The position numbers and the translations under genes are program-made. The notes under the pieces are model-generated. The model did no database searches and had not been told where the DNA came from. It worked only from the letters and a program-made list of their open reading frames with translations. This document shows, one piece after another, positions 1-11,640 of a stretch of DNA of 64,000 bases (position 1 is its first letter; every line of letters starts with the position of its first letter). The DNA is taken from contig NW_018408896.1 in the NCBI RefSeq assembly GCF_002113885.1, positions 2,464,858 to 2,528,857 on the forward strand, given 5' to 3'. This stretch comes from Mizuhopecten yessoensis. Its lineage: Eukaryota.

Positions 1-168
1 GTTTTATTTTATAACCGTGCGTTTGGATAGCAACATTGCTCAAGTGCAGAATTGGTAGTTTGAACTTCCTGAGGTCTAACTTTTCTGTTAAACAACCTTT
101 TAAAATGTTTTATTGCGGTAATTCTGTAAAACAGATGAACCAGGTTTCGGACCCAAAAGAAATTCTTA

Positions 169-241
169 TGCCGAAACCCGGGATCGAACCAGGGACCTTT
201 AGATCTTCAGTCTAACGCTCTCCCAACTGAGCTATTTCGGC
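169..241 (-). tRNA. trnF-GAA: tRNA-Phe (GAA), intact
   Basis: Reverse complement is the canonical 73-nt metazoan tRNA-Phe GCCGAAATAGCTCAGTTGGGAGAGCGTTAGACTGAAGATCTAAAGGTCCCTGGTTCGATCCCGGGTTTCGGCA, followed by a TTTT Pol III terminator. Confidence 0.98.
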
Positions 242-686
242 TATGTCTAACATTGGATATACCAATATCGACTTAAAATGTAGATCAGCCGTCCAAGCCT
301 CTCCATCTCTAGCTGAGATATTTCGGAGGTGTAAATAACATTTAAGGTACAAAAACCGAGTTAAGAGAAGAAAAAGGTCAACCGGGAATGACGCAATATC
401 TGAGTTAGGTTGTTTAACCCCACGTTGATATACATGGATACATATTAAGTGTACACAAACTAAGAATTACTTCCCCTTTTACGGAATTCATTTTAGGATT
501 TTACATTTCAAATATTTGGATTGAAATTTCGGTCAAATTCAGTGCCAGTATTGTTTTGGTCCTAGTCCTGTTTTACCCTTTTTTAGTTAGTATTTTTGTA
601 TAAAAAATAACAAATTTTGAATTGCTGTATCTTCTGCTGTAATATGTACGAAATCCAGGTTTCGGAATCCATTAACAAAATACTGA

Positions 687-1043
687 TGCCGAAACCCGGG
701 ATCGAACCAGGGACCTTTAGATCTTCAGTCTAACGCTCCTTTTTTTCTTCTTTTAAAAATGAACTTTTATTAGTCCCAGCAAATAGGACCTCCGGGGTTG
801 GGGCCCCGTCGGCTCCTCACAGTTCACATAAAACACATATTTAAATACTCAAAAATCACAGAAGTACATTTCAACATGAAATAAGCATGGTAATAAAAGG
901 TATGTCAACGCTCATTTACAAATGAGTTGAAAAAAGACAACTTCATCATAATGATAATGCATAAGATAGGTTATTTTCAGTGCCTGATGATAAATCTACA
1001 GCCTTCAATACGTCTAACGCTCTTCCAACTGAGCTATTTCCGC
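687..1043 (-). pseudogene. trnF-GAA: tRNA-Phe (GAA) gene split by an insertion
   Basis: tRNA nt 22-73 at 687-738 and nt 1-32 at 1012-1043 (two substitutions). Nt 22-32 (GTCTAACGCTC on +) are duplicated at 728-738 and 1012-1022. Confidence 0.95.
739..1011 (-). mobile_element. Retroposed insert (5'-truncated non-LTR retrotransposon 3' end or retrosequence), 273 bp
   Basis: Exact 11-bp TSD, A-rich tail on the minus strand (739-754), AATAAA at 766-771, GC-rich hairpin-forming segment at 773-820. Confidence 0.85.
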
Positions 1044-1346
1044 TGCATATTTATATAAGAGATAAATATAACGAGTTCAGATATGAAATAGGCCATCTGA
1101 GCCTCAGGTGACAGACTGGATCAGATAGTAAACAAGCCGAAGAACCTTTACACATTGACTTGTACAGGTATAGTACATTGACGACATAATCAGTGTACAC
1201 TGACTATTGTGCCGGAGGCAAAACAATGTATGCACGTCCTTGTTTAAGTATATTCAAACTTATTTATTTCATAATTATAGCAGTTGGTATTAAATATCGA
1301 ATAGTTGACACAAAGTTTCTTTATCCAATAAAGATCATAAAGTATT

Positions 1347-2318
1347 GTTACAGTTGTGGTACCGCACAACGCACCAAAAATAGCATGCGCACACCGTGCA
1401 TACATCGTTCACACCCCGTCCGCACACCGTCCACACATGGTGCGCACAACTGTGCGATTTAGCAATCGTTCGCCCCGTTGTGCGCTTCTCTCCGCACAAC
1501 TGTGCGATTTGGTCTAATTTGTAGATCAAAATTACGGAATGACAAAAATACGGAAGGCTTGTGTGCGATATTGCACACTGTGTATATATCTGTAATTTCT
1601 CATCACAATAATCAAGATTATACAATTTCACCAGAGGTATAATACATTATTATACGTCTCTGTACAGCGACCGTTAGGCTGTCAAGAATGGGTTTGGCTC
1701 CAAGGTAACAGAACAGGTAAATAACAATTTGATGAGTGTCCGGAGTTTTACCTGACCAGTGCCTGACACACAGAGTTGATAAGTTTGACCGTAATGAATA
1801 GTATTTGTTATTTGCATTCGTTTGCCTATAGCTCCCATTCACCTGGATTTTCACACCCCGGCCTTACCCGACGAGTTACGTAAGTGCCCCAGGCGGGGGA
1901 AAATTACGGTCCAGGTACATGTACAAAGTGGTTATGTTTACCTGTATACGGGATTGTGTTGTAATTTTACATGTGTCGATTAAGTGTGTTTAAAAACACA
2001 GAAAATACATTTTGTAAATATAAGAATGTATAGACAGAAAGATAAGTTTATAGATATTGCTAGAATATAGAAACAGACGGAAACATCAAGGTTATATGTT
2101 TAAACATGAAACCGTATATATTGGTGAGGCATTCCTCAATTTACACCAACCACGATTGTTATCGCACAACGTCCGTCCATGGTGCGCACATATGTGCGCA
2201 AGCAATGATCGTCCAGCTTTTTATCGTTCGCCCATCGTGCACACACCGTTCACACACCGTGCACACATCGTGCGCACACCGCACATCGTGTAACGTTGTG
2301 CGATCCCACAACTGTAAC
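1347..2318. mobile_element. Non-autonomous DNA transposon (MITE-like), about 970 bp
   Basis: 25-bp imperfect TIRs GTTACAGTTGTGGTACCGCACAACG (1347-1371) and CGTTGTGCGATCCCACAACTGTAAC (2294-2318). Arrays of ~11-bp CGT..CACAC subterminal repeats at both ends. No clear TSD. Confidence 0.65.
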
Positions 2319-2734
2319 TTAAGTCTGTAAATTCATGTAAGGGGTTGTAAATTAAAGAAAATCTGACACTCGCTGATATATAATAGATTGATTTTGGTAA
2401 ACACATCCTGCTGTCAAGGGCAAAATTCACATTTTTTTTGTCTAAATAATCACTTTTAGAAGGCAAGATATTAGCTGAGTTTGTTGTATGAACGGTTATT
2501 ACGACAGAATTATGTCCAGTTTCTATTTTTGAAACTTTATGAAGCTGAATACATACATGGCCTTTCACGCAAACCATATGCATACTCCTATGCGGATGTG
2601 TTGATGTTTCGTCAATTTATAATAAAATCATTAAGATTTATTCTCAGATATCCTTTATTAAAAGGAGCTCTATACAACTTCCCTTCCTTAAGTAAGACTT
2701 ATACGGTTCATCGTGAATAATGTAGGTAATATTA

Positions 2735-3253
2735 GACTTGAAACATATCTGTGTATCCGAACTGCCTGATGATCAACGCAAAAAGATATTACGGCGGCAG
2801 GCGTTCTGAAGTAAGCGCTATATATATCTGTGAATTGTTGTTTTACAAAACCTGTCATGATTTAAAATGACGAAGATGAACCTAGGAGTACAAGAGCTGT
2901 TGACCTGTATTAGTATTGTATTTTTTGTTACCTCTGTATACAAAAGTTGTCAACTTCTATGAATTGTTATATTTGCCTATAACGTATATATATCGCGCCA
3001 TGATCGCATCATAAAACCAAACCTCGGATTTGTTTTAGCAGTCATTGCGAGCTTATACCTTCCTGTGATCAATAAGTGTACATGCTTTTAAAGCTAATTG
3101 GCCAAGAGAGATAGGAGTATGTAAAGTGGAGTTTCGTTTATACAGACGCATATATTTTCAGAAAAAGTTACCGGATTCTGAAACGACTTGATTATTGGAA
3201 CCATTTTGAATAGAAAATGCGATTTTCTCTCTTTTTCGCGAGGAACACTGATT
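2735..3253. repeat. Inverted copy of 7814-8348
   Basis: About 520 bp aligns in reverse complement to the 3' flank of TRIM copy 1 (e.g. GCGTTCTGAAGTAAGCGCTA vs TAGCGCTTACTTCAGAACGC). Confidence 0.9.
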
Positions 3254-6200
3254 GGAGGTTATGGGGAAAAACTCGACATTGACATTATGAATAAGGTACA
3301 ATTGTAACAAAACGATATTTTAAATTAGTTTAATAATTATAGTATACCAAATGTATACATAAACTCATTATTGAAATCTGCAAATCTTTACGGTAAACTT
3401 GTTTGATCCCCCCACCCAAGCAGTGTCAGTTGTATTCTGCTAATCAAAGCGACTATATAGTGACACCAACTGTAACTTTTTATTATGTCAGCCGTCGAAA
3501 CACTAAACATTTTTAACTCAATAGGTTTATTTTAATCACTGATTAACGAGTATTTAGACAAATATAGACGAAACCGACTGTCGATGAGTGTAGTTACCCT
3601 ACATCGGTGTTCCGTGTGGGATACATATAAGGAGGTATAGGAGAAACTAATGTTAACCTCACGACCAAACTCTGTCACATGTGTGACGACCTTAATTCAC
3701 ACATTTACTTTTCTTCCGCCAGGACAAATGTCGACGTCTGACAGACAAAGTTACAACACAATGTTTTCGAGATGCACCTGTTGATCGAAACTATGGGAAA
3801 GTTTTTCGGTGGCCACTGTGATCTAATTGAGTACTATGCTATTTTCATGTATGATATGGTCAATGTTTTCGATTATGCTATTTAATGTGCCTCGGTGTAA
3901 CTACCAGGAGTATAACTTGGAGTTGATCTAGAATTACAGGACAGTGTGGCTCATAAAGTAAAGTCGTTTAAACCTGCGTAAAGATTCTCTTTGTACTTTT
4001 TAATGATCTCAATGCATTTTTGCTATCCTGGTTCATCGATTTTCAGCTTGAATGTAGCGTTGTTCTTAATTCGGTATTAACTGAATTGAATCTTCAACGG
4101 CTTACGTCTATTCCAGATGCAGTAAAACATTCAACAATTAAGTAAAAAGGTACATATTTATAACACATCCTATGACAGAGGTTACGTTAAGAAAATATTT
4201 CTTTTTAAATTTTACCTTTTTTAAATTCATTATTCCGTTTTAAAGGAAGCTATATGTTTGTAAAAAAAATACTGTAGTACAAAATATTAATACAAATAAT
4301 GAAGCATGTATTGTAATGTATGGATTGTAGTAATATCCTGTACCTATAAGTTGTAAACTTTTGGAAAATAAACTCTAACGACTTTTTGTTTCAGTTATGC
4401 TCTGCATGTAAAACAAATACTTTGTTCTTTCAGTTTTACCAAATAAAATTTTGTTTTTTAATTTGGTGATATTTGGAGTGTTCAAGGCTTAAGCATTGTT
4501 ATATACTTTTGCTGGTTATTATCTTTACTTCGCCTATATACGGATTAACCTTTCTTTCTATTACCATTATCAATCAACGGTATTTCGTTATACAAATCTT
4601 TGACTAAGTGCTACAGTGAAACCAGGTAAATATGGGCAATTTCATTTCAGTTAAACGGAAAAATGTAATAACATCATTATTTAAGATAATTGCAGTTTTC
4701 TTTCTTAATTGCGACCGTTTAAAAAAGTGTCCAAATACGGGTTTGAACGTAACCTTAGCAAGCGTCGAAACAATGGGTCCATTAACTAGGGTCATGTTTA
4801 CGTTAGTCTAACCAGTAAGCGACCAAAAACTGACCCGTTCACGCAAATCTAATCAATGAGTTCGTTAACTCGCGTCTAAATAAAGAGTCTGTTTTCGAAT
4901 TTTTAGAATGATATAGTAGGATGATATTGTTGACAAGAATCTACCGTTTTTTTAGTTTGAAATATAGTTGAAGTGAAGATATAATGATTGTCCAAGCAGT
5001 AATCATAAGTGAATGTAATAATTTAAATAACCTGAGAAAGAAATGAATCTACTAGTAGTGGATTTGCACAGTGTTGAAGTCAAAAAAATAAAATAATTCA
5101 ATTGAATCATGCTTAGAGATGAATATAATAAATAACATTACATGTGTTCGAAATAAATATAACAATTCAATTTACCTGAGTGAGATATCCCATTACGGAG
5201 GTGACGTAAGCACTAAGGTATTATATCCGAGTCGGTCCAGGCTCCTATTCCACTGAACTGCGATATGTGACGGATCGCGGCAGCACCGAGCCTTTAGATA
5301 CTGGAGCCAGCGCTGCTGTCATCAGCACTTCATGCCATTTCAACTGTGATAATGCGTTTTGCGAAATTGATTCGTAATGTGGAATATAACTTAATAACTA
5401 ATCAATGCTATTTCAGATACAATGATTTTGTGATTATATAGTTAAAGTCTAACAACATAGCGTGGCTGTTCTCCATTTACCCAGGTAGAGCCACTTTGAC
5501 ATGTTATTGTATAAGCTGCTGTTGTACCACCCGCTGCTGAGCTGCACTAGAATCCAGGACTCGGTATAACGCATGATAAGCTTTATATCACATGGGAGCA
5601 AATACGTTTGTAGCTAATTTAATAACTCTAGCTATCCGCTACTTCGGCAATTAATATTCCAAATCACCAGCAAGCCGCGCCGAACTCAGAACGCAAAGAC
5701 ACCAGTCGTTAGAATAAAAATATATATGTGATATAGAATTTCGAAAGTAACATTTTCAAACAATGAAATGAGTTAATGTGAAGCTATCGAGGAAACCAGA
5801 ACAGTCTGGCTCTGCCAGCTCTTGTTTAAAATAGTGATAGCTTTGCGAAATTTATAATGAAATTTTAATGTTTGCTTTTTTGAGGCAACATTATGAGGTT
5901 TATGAAAAAAAACAGTGATTACATTAAAGTACATAGAACCCTTTTGATCGTTTTCGATTTTTTCTTTTTTTTCTTTATTTTAATGTCACCGATAGGAAAC
6001 GTAAACATGCCGTAGTCAGCCTTTGATTTCAAGATTGGCGATAAAGATATTGTATAGCTAGGCCTAGATACACTGATCAAAGACGGCAACTTAATAGCAA
6101 AGTATCATCTGAAATATTGTTTATACAAGTTTAGTTAGATATGAAGCCTTCCATTATTTAATTAATTCATTTTTAGTTCTGGTATTGGCGTATTAAAAAA

Positions 6201-6759
6201 GCTTTTATAAATATTATTCAGAGGTCTTCCTTTTGCAGATGAATTCAGCTTCTTTGTACAAACCATTCTTTCCTATATTGTAAGATGATAAATACCACCA
6301 TATTCCTAAAAAAGCCATAATCTGTATAATCCCCCCTTAATATCCGCCAACTTATTTTCCATATTTTGTAAGGTAATTTTTTACTTTAAGCAAAACTTTA
6401 TTATTTCATTTTCAGTAAAAAGTTAATAGATGCCCGTTCTAAACACTGTAAAATCTATTACAGATTGTTCAAAAAATATATCGACTTCCTGTATATCATG
6501 CAGGAGATCTAGGAAATTCTATCTATACCACGATAAGCTATATATACACGTATCGAATACTGAAAATTGTGTTTCAATATTAAAACAAAAATAATATTTC
6601 TGAATTATTTTCAAACCCGAGAAGAAACACCATCTACATAATGGTCTACAATCTTGTTTTGATGAATTAATCAATTTTCAATTAAAATTCCTATAGGACT
6701 GAAACATCTTACCGAGGTTCAGAAAGCATACATGCACAGCGATGAAACAAGGAAATCAG

Positions 6760-7130
6760 TAAAACCTTCAATCTTTAGGGAGTCAGAAGTTATGGCCCAG
6801 ACAATGACTGCAATATGACCTTGACCTTTTGTGTACAAACCCAGCGGTACAGGACTCACAGCCTTTCCACCCTAAATATATCCCTTAATTTCCATTGAGA
6901 CTTTTTCAGGGAATCTGACACTATGTTCAGACGATGAATTTTAACTTTTACTTTCATGTGACATTGACCTGGCATACGGACCAGGCCAGAAGTCAGAAGA
7001 TATCTTTCAGACAATGAACTCGACCTCTATACTCATTTTGACATTGACCTTGGACGTGCGAACCCAATAGTGATGCATGATCCCCTCCCCTCCCTAACAC
7101 ACACACACATTTGTTCGAGGAGCATGACAA
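6760..7130. mobile_element. Degenerate Helentron/HINE-like repeat (second copy at ~21970-22330)
   Basis: Recurrent TGAC(C/A)TTGACCT motifs and a terminal CCCC..TTCG..G hairpin-like segment resembling common bivalve HINE repeats. Boundaries approximate. Confidence 0.4.
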
Positions 7131-8398
7131 AATAACACATTGACAGTCACTAAAATTTTATTTCACTTTTCGTTTAAAGACAATGAATGTCCTGTCGTAT
7201 ATTTGTGACAAAATTGTAAACTTTAAACTGACTTCATCAGTATTACAACTTTGACCATATATACAGGTACTTACAAATATATAATGAAGGGGTTGATTAG
7301 ATTTATTAACAGTTGATTTTCAACTCTTCAATGTTGATATAATGTACTTGATTAATTTGTTCATCATCTTGTTAATCCTACCTAAAGGAATTATCAACTA
7401 ATTAAATGCAAGTCAACTATAACTAATGCTTTTGCAGAAAGTTCATAATTCCTTGCAATCTATTATGGTGTAATATTAATGTAAATACGGATCATTCATT
7501 TATCATCCATGCATGATATACTACACAGTGCACCGGCTTATGACTCGATAGAAACGCACGCTACCGGATCCAGCCTGTCGACAATGACATAATGAGTGAT
7601 GATGTCCCATTTCCTGTATATCTAAATATTCAGATCCCAAATCATAACAAACGAGATAAAAAAAAAAAAAGCTGGATTAAACTGAGCAAGTCTGACATCA
7701 CGCTTTGCGATTCTGGCCAATTGGTTTTCATTCAGTAATGATTCAGAAAATAAGCTCCTTGTATAGCACCAGATACGTGTATAGCCACCACTCATCTGGA
7801 TAGCCTTTACGTCAATCAGTGTTCCTCGCGAAAAAGAGAGAAAATTTGCATTTTCTGTTCAAAATGGTTCCAGTCATCAAGTCGTTTCAGTATCCGGCTT
7901 CTTTTTCTGGACATAAATGCGTCTGCATTAACTTTACATACTCCTATCTCTCTTGGTCATTAAGCTTTAAAAACTATATTACTAAGAGCCTGCTTCAATG
8001 TTAATGTTTTGACCACAGGAAGGTATAAGCTCGCAATGACTGCTAAAACAAATCCGGGGTTTGGTTTTCAGATGCGATCATGGCGCGATATATATACGTT
8101 ATAGGCAAATATAACAATTCATAGAAGTTGACGACAACTATTGTATACAGAGGTAATGAATAATACAATGTAAGTACAGGTCAACAGCTCTTGGTCTCTT
8201 AGGTTCATCTTCGTCATTTTAAATTAAGATGGTTTTGTAAAACAACACCTCACAGATATATGTAGCGCTTACTTCAGAACGCCTGCCGTCGTAATATCTC
8301 TATGCGTTGATCATCAGGCAGATCGGATACGTATATATGTTTCAAGTCAATAGACCGTTTTCAGTGTTAATAATTTCCATCCTTATAAACAACTTTTA

Positions 8399-8400
<2 letters not shown>

Positions 8401-8434
<34 letters not shown>
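8401..8434. repeat. (AT)17 microsatellite
   Basis: Perfect AT run; the paralogous position (~23266) has only about 6 units. Confidence 0.95.
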
Positions 8435-8437
<3 letters not shown>

Positions 8438-8594
8438 TGTTATTTGGGTATTTGATATATCGCAATAATATTACTAACATTATCATACTAAATTATATCG
8501 ATAAAGGACATAATGTTGTCACTCAAAATCATTCTACAAGCAGGAAAATGTCGATGTCGAATTCATCAGTACATACAAAGTTAAATTTCACAGA

Positions 8595-10583
8595 TTAGGA
8601 AAGTTGAAACACGTGTACATTATTTTGATTCCCTATTGATTGGTTTGTGACTACAAATTTGTTCCCACAGACAGACATTGCCCTCGGGCTGACTACACCG
8701 TCTGATGACGTCAGCAGCTCTCTGACGTGGGCCCCTTCCTCCGACATTTGTACCACGTTGTTAGACTCCCGCCCACACACGTACACATTGCCTTCGCCGT
8801 CGACGTCTACTCCAAACGCTTCCTTCAGGACACCAACTGTCGCCATGTCTGTACGAGTGCCGTCTGAAAGTCTGAATACCGCTACTCTGCCACTCGTGGA
8901 TGTGGGCTGGCTGCCATACAAGTGTCGAGTTCTTGGATCGGACACAAGATGGTAGCATTGAGAAGAGCAAGTTTGTATATGTTGCGTATTTCCATTCTGT
9001 TGGACATTGTACAAGTCCCCCTTAGAACTCACAGTGAACCCGTCACCTGTAGTAGTGATACCCCAGGGAGTGATATTCTGTGAGAGTTTTATTTCTGACA
9101 TAAGACTTAATTTTGAGGACTCGACTTTGATGACGTATATGACAGACGCATCATAGTTAGCGACCGCTACGGTGTTATCATCCAAAAGACACATGTCGTG
9201 CGGTTTTCCTGAAACCTTCATCACATCTTCACATTTCCCTGAAACTGTAAACAATTTGATCTTTTTGTTGTTATAGTCTCCTACAACAATATGATCATCC
9301 GGTAAGTAAACGACACCAGGTGCATGACAATTTAAGACATCTGATGGACACTTGATGCAGAACTTGCTCACCTCGGTTACGCCACATTTCGACAATGGAG
9401 ACTTAGGACCAGAAAGACTATTTAAATTCTTCTCTATTTTGATTTTGCCCATAGACAATGGAATGTCCTTATCTAACGTTAGGAGATTCGGGTCGACGCT
9501 GTGTTTGATTCTGACTGTGGTGAACTTCTTCCTCATTTCTGTGATAAGGTCCTCGTAAGACTTTACCTCCGCCTGACCTCTCTGAAACAACAAGATCGTG
9601 TCCACGGTGTCATTTTTCTGAATCGCCGTTCCAGAGGATTCTATTGTGTTTTGAATCGAAAACATCAGTCGTTCACATTTCTGCATAGACATCTCCAGAT
9701 TATCTTTTTCCTCTTTGTACGTTGCTATCAGCTCATCTGTGCTATTTTTCTGCATGGCGTCAAGACGTGTGTCGATTCTTTGACGTAGATCTGCTAAACT
9801 TTTCAATCCGGTGTCTTGGTCTTCTAAAAGTGTCTGAAGTTGCTCACCAAACTCTTTGATCAATAACTCAATGGCTTCTGTTGTTTTCTTCAGTGATGTC
9901 TTCAAGTCATCCAGTCGTGATTCCTTCTTCAGTTTATCACAATATTCCTGTGTCGTTGTCACTACTTCACATCGTCTGTGGTCTATCGTGATACATCTAC
10001 TACAGCCAAGTATCTGGTGATCTTCACAATAGTAATCCATCTTCTCTGTATGTTTCTCACATCTGACCTGTTTTGTTACTTGTCGTTGTACCATACCACC
10101 TTTCCCAGTTACATCTACTGTTTCACATCCTTCATGAATCAAATCGTGATATTCAAGTTTACAGGTGTCACAGAACAGGACATTACATGTTTTACACCAG
10201 ATTGTTGCAGGTGTCTTCGTGTTTCCTTTTTTTTCACAAGGCTTACAGAACGTCAGCTCACGTGCTGTGACGTCCTTTACTTGGTCTTTAACCAACTTAT
10301 TTGTTGGAAACTGTTGAGCCCATTTATCTTTGTTCTCAGCCGCATTGACCGGATGGGTCATCTTCCTACAAACTGGACATGGAAAGGCAGTCGCCGACGC
10401 CATATTTCCCGACAGGTCCTTGGTGATGAAGGTGGACAGACATTCCTGGCAGAAGGAATGGAGACAAGGGAGCGACTTGGGTTGGTGTAGCTGTTCCAGA
10501 CAGATTGGGCAATCCAACAAGTAGGAATCAAACTCAGGTCTGGAGGTGTCAGAAACTTCATGAGAAGATCCTCCTTCAGCCAT
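8595..10583 (-). CDS. TRIM-NHL-like E3 ubiquitin ligase copy 1 (662 aa)
   Basis: C3HC4 RING (CPICLEQ..LPCLHSFCQEC..CPVCR), B-box1 (CKPC..WCKTC..FCDTC..H), B-box2 (CEKH..YYCEDH..CSRC..DHRRC), coiled coil, NHL-like repeats (AFGVDVDGEGNVYVCG). The likely ATG is MAEGG at 10583, preceded by a polypyrimidine/CAG acceptor at 10606-10608. Confidence 0.95.
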   Translation of the reverse strand: MAEGGSSHEVSDTSRPEFDSYLLDCPICLEQLHQPKSLPCLHSFCQECLSTFITKDLSGNMASATAFPCPVCRKMTHPVNAAENKDKWAQQFPTNKLVKDQVKDVTARELTFCKPCEKKGNTKTPATIWCKTCNVLFCDTCKLEYHDLIHEGCETVDVTGKGGMVQRQVTKQVRCEKHTEKMDYYCEDHQILGCSRCITIDHRRCEVVTTTQEYCDKLKKESRLDDLKTSLKKTTEAIELLIKEFGEQLQTLLEDQDTGLKSLADLRQRIDTRLDAMQKNSTDELIATYKEEKDNLEMSMQKCERLMFSIQNTIESSGTAIQKNDTVDTILLFQRGQAEVKSYEDLITEMRKKFTTVRIKHSVDPNLLTLDKDIPLSMGKIKIEKNLNSLSGPKSPLSKCGVTEVSKFCIKCPSDVLNCHAPGVVYLPDDHIVVGDYNNKKIKLFTVSGKCEDVMKVSGKPHDMCLLDDNTVAVANYDASVIYVIKVESSKLSLMSEIKLSQNITPWGITTTGDGFTVSSKGDLYNVQQNGNTQHIQTCSSQCYHLVSDPRTRHLYGSQPTSTSGRVAVFRLSDGTRTDMATVGVLKEAFGVDVDGEGNVYVCGRESNNVVQMSEEGAHVRELLTSSDGVVSPRAMSVCGNKFVVTNQSIGNQNNVHVFQLS

Positions 10584-11419
10584 CACGTTTGAAGGGTTAT
10601 GGTGTCTGTGAATGTAGAACAAAATGGAAAAATGTATGTAACAGGGGAATCATTTTTATGTTAATATATGACTTGACATTGATTTTAAAATTATGAAAGG
10701 TCTTGTTGTGAGGAACCTTATGGGGTTGTGTGATAGTATTCATTCACTTCATTTCAGTGACATAGATCTGTTTTCCTACTTCTCTGTGCACACCCGAAAG
10801 GTATGCAGGGTAAGGTAAAACTATATTCTTATATATTCTAGATGCATGTTTCATATTGGTAATGAAATTCAATATCAAATGTATATTGATTTGTAGATTC
10901 GATAGTATCGATAAGTATATTGTGAAAATATTGTGAAAATATGAAGTTCATTATATCCAATACAAAAGATATAATACGATGTGTCTATCAGTATCAGATA
11001 TCTCATGTTCTATTAAGCGTGGTATCGTATATGTAAGGTTTATGTACCTTGATGTAAATAGACTATAATGAGATGTCTGAGTAAATGTGTAATTTGGACT
11101 TACATGTTTCTTTTTTAAACACAAACATGTGTAAGAATAAGACTCAAGAATAAACCCGACAATTTCTGTGTATTTTTATCACACATCAATGATAACACTG
11201 TAACATTAATATCTGATCTGTTTGTGACAGACTCACATAAGTGTTTCTTTTGTACGAATACAGACTGATCCCACTCGAAATATAGTGTAACCATGGCAAT
11301 AAAATGTATCTATGCTGGAAAACATCTTACCAATTACGAAAGTAAACAGATTTATTAGTATCGAGTATGTTTTATGCACGTGAGTGCACATGGGTATAAC
11401 TGTATGGTACTTATTATAA

Positions 11420-11640
11420 TATACTTGTATACACGTAGATATTGACATTGTGTGAGATTTGTGATACACGTTTGTACATGTAGATATTGACATTGTGTGA
11501 GATTTGTAATACACGTGTGTACACGTAGATATTAGATTATATTACACGTAGATAATTATATCGAGTGGGATTTTTAACACACTGTTTTACGTGTATTAGT
11601 ATCGGCTAAGATTTGTAATACACGTGTGCACATGTCAGTA
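11420..11640. repeat. Intronic ACACGTAGATAT-based minisatellite (45-bp and ~109-bp units), short version
   Basis: Same monomers as the expanded arrays at ~26280-27010 and ~45715-46650. Confidence 0.8.

Noticed and set aside
1193-2720. His/Cys/Arg-rich short ORFs
   Set aside because: Translations of MITE subterminal repeats and AT-rich flank.
5221-5570. Short inverted match TTATATCCGAGTC / GACTCGGTATAA around a GC-richer segment
   Set aside because: Only about 12 bp, with no TSD or empty site; too weak to call an element.
2735-8348. A single 5.6-kb transposon with 520-bp TIRs
   Set aside because: No TSD or transposase, and the right arm with its inner flank belongs to the duplicated TRIM unit.
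10584-10622. N-terminal extension MFYIHRHHNPSNV in the ORF track (also 25435-25473)
   Set aside because: Begins at TTG inside the polypyrimidine tract of a splice acceptor and is not open in copies 3 and 4.
8647-10696. Plus-strand and alternative-frame ORFs overlapping the TRIM genes (recurring in each copy)
   Set aside because: Antisense shadows that recur only because the gene is duplicated; no domain signal.
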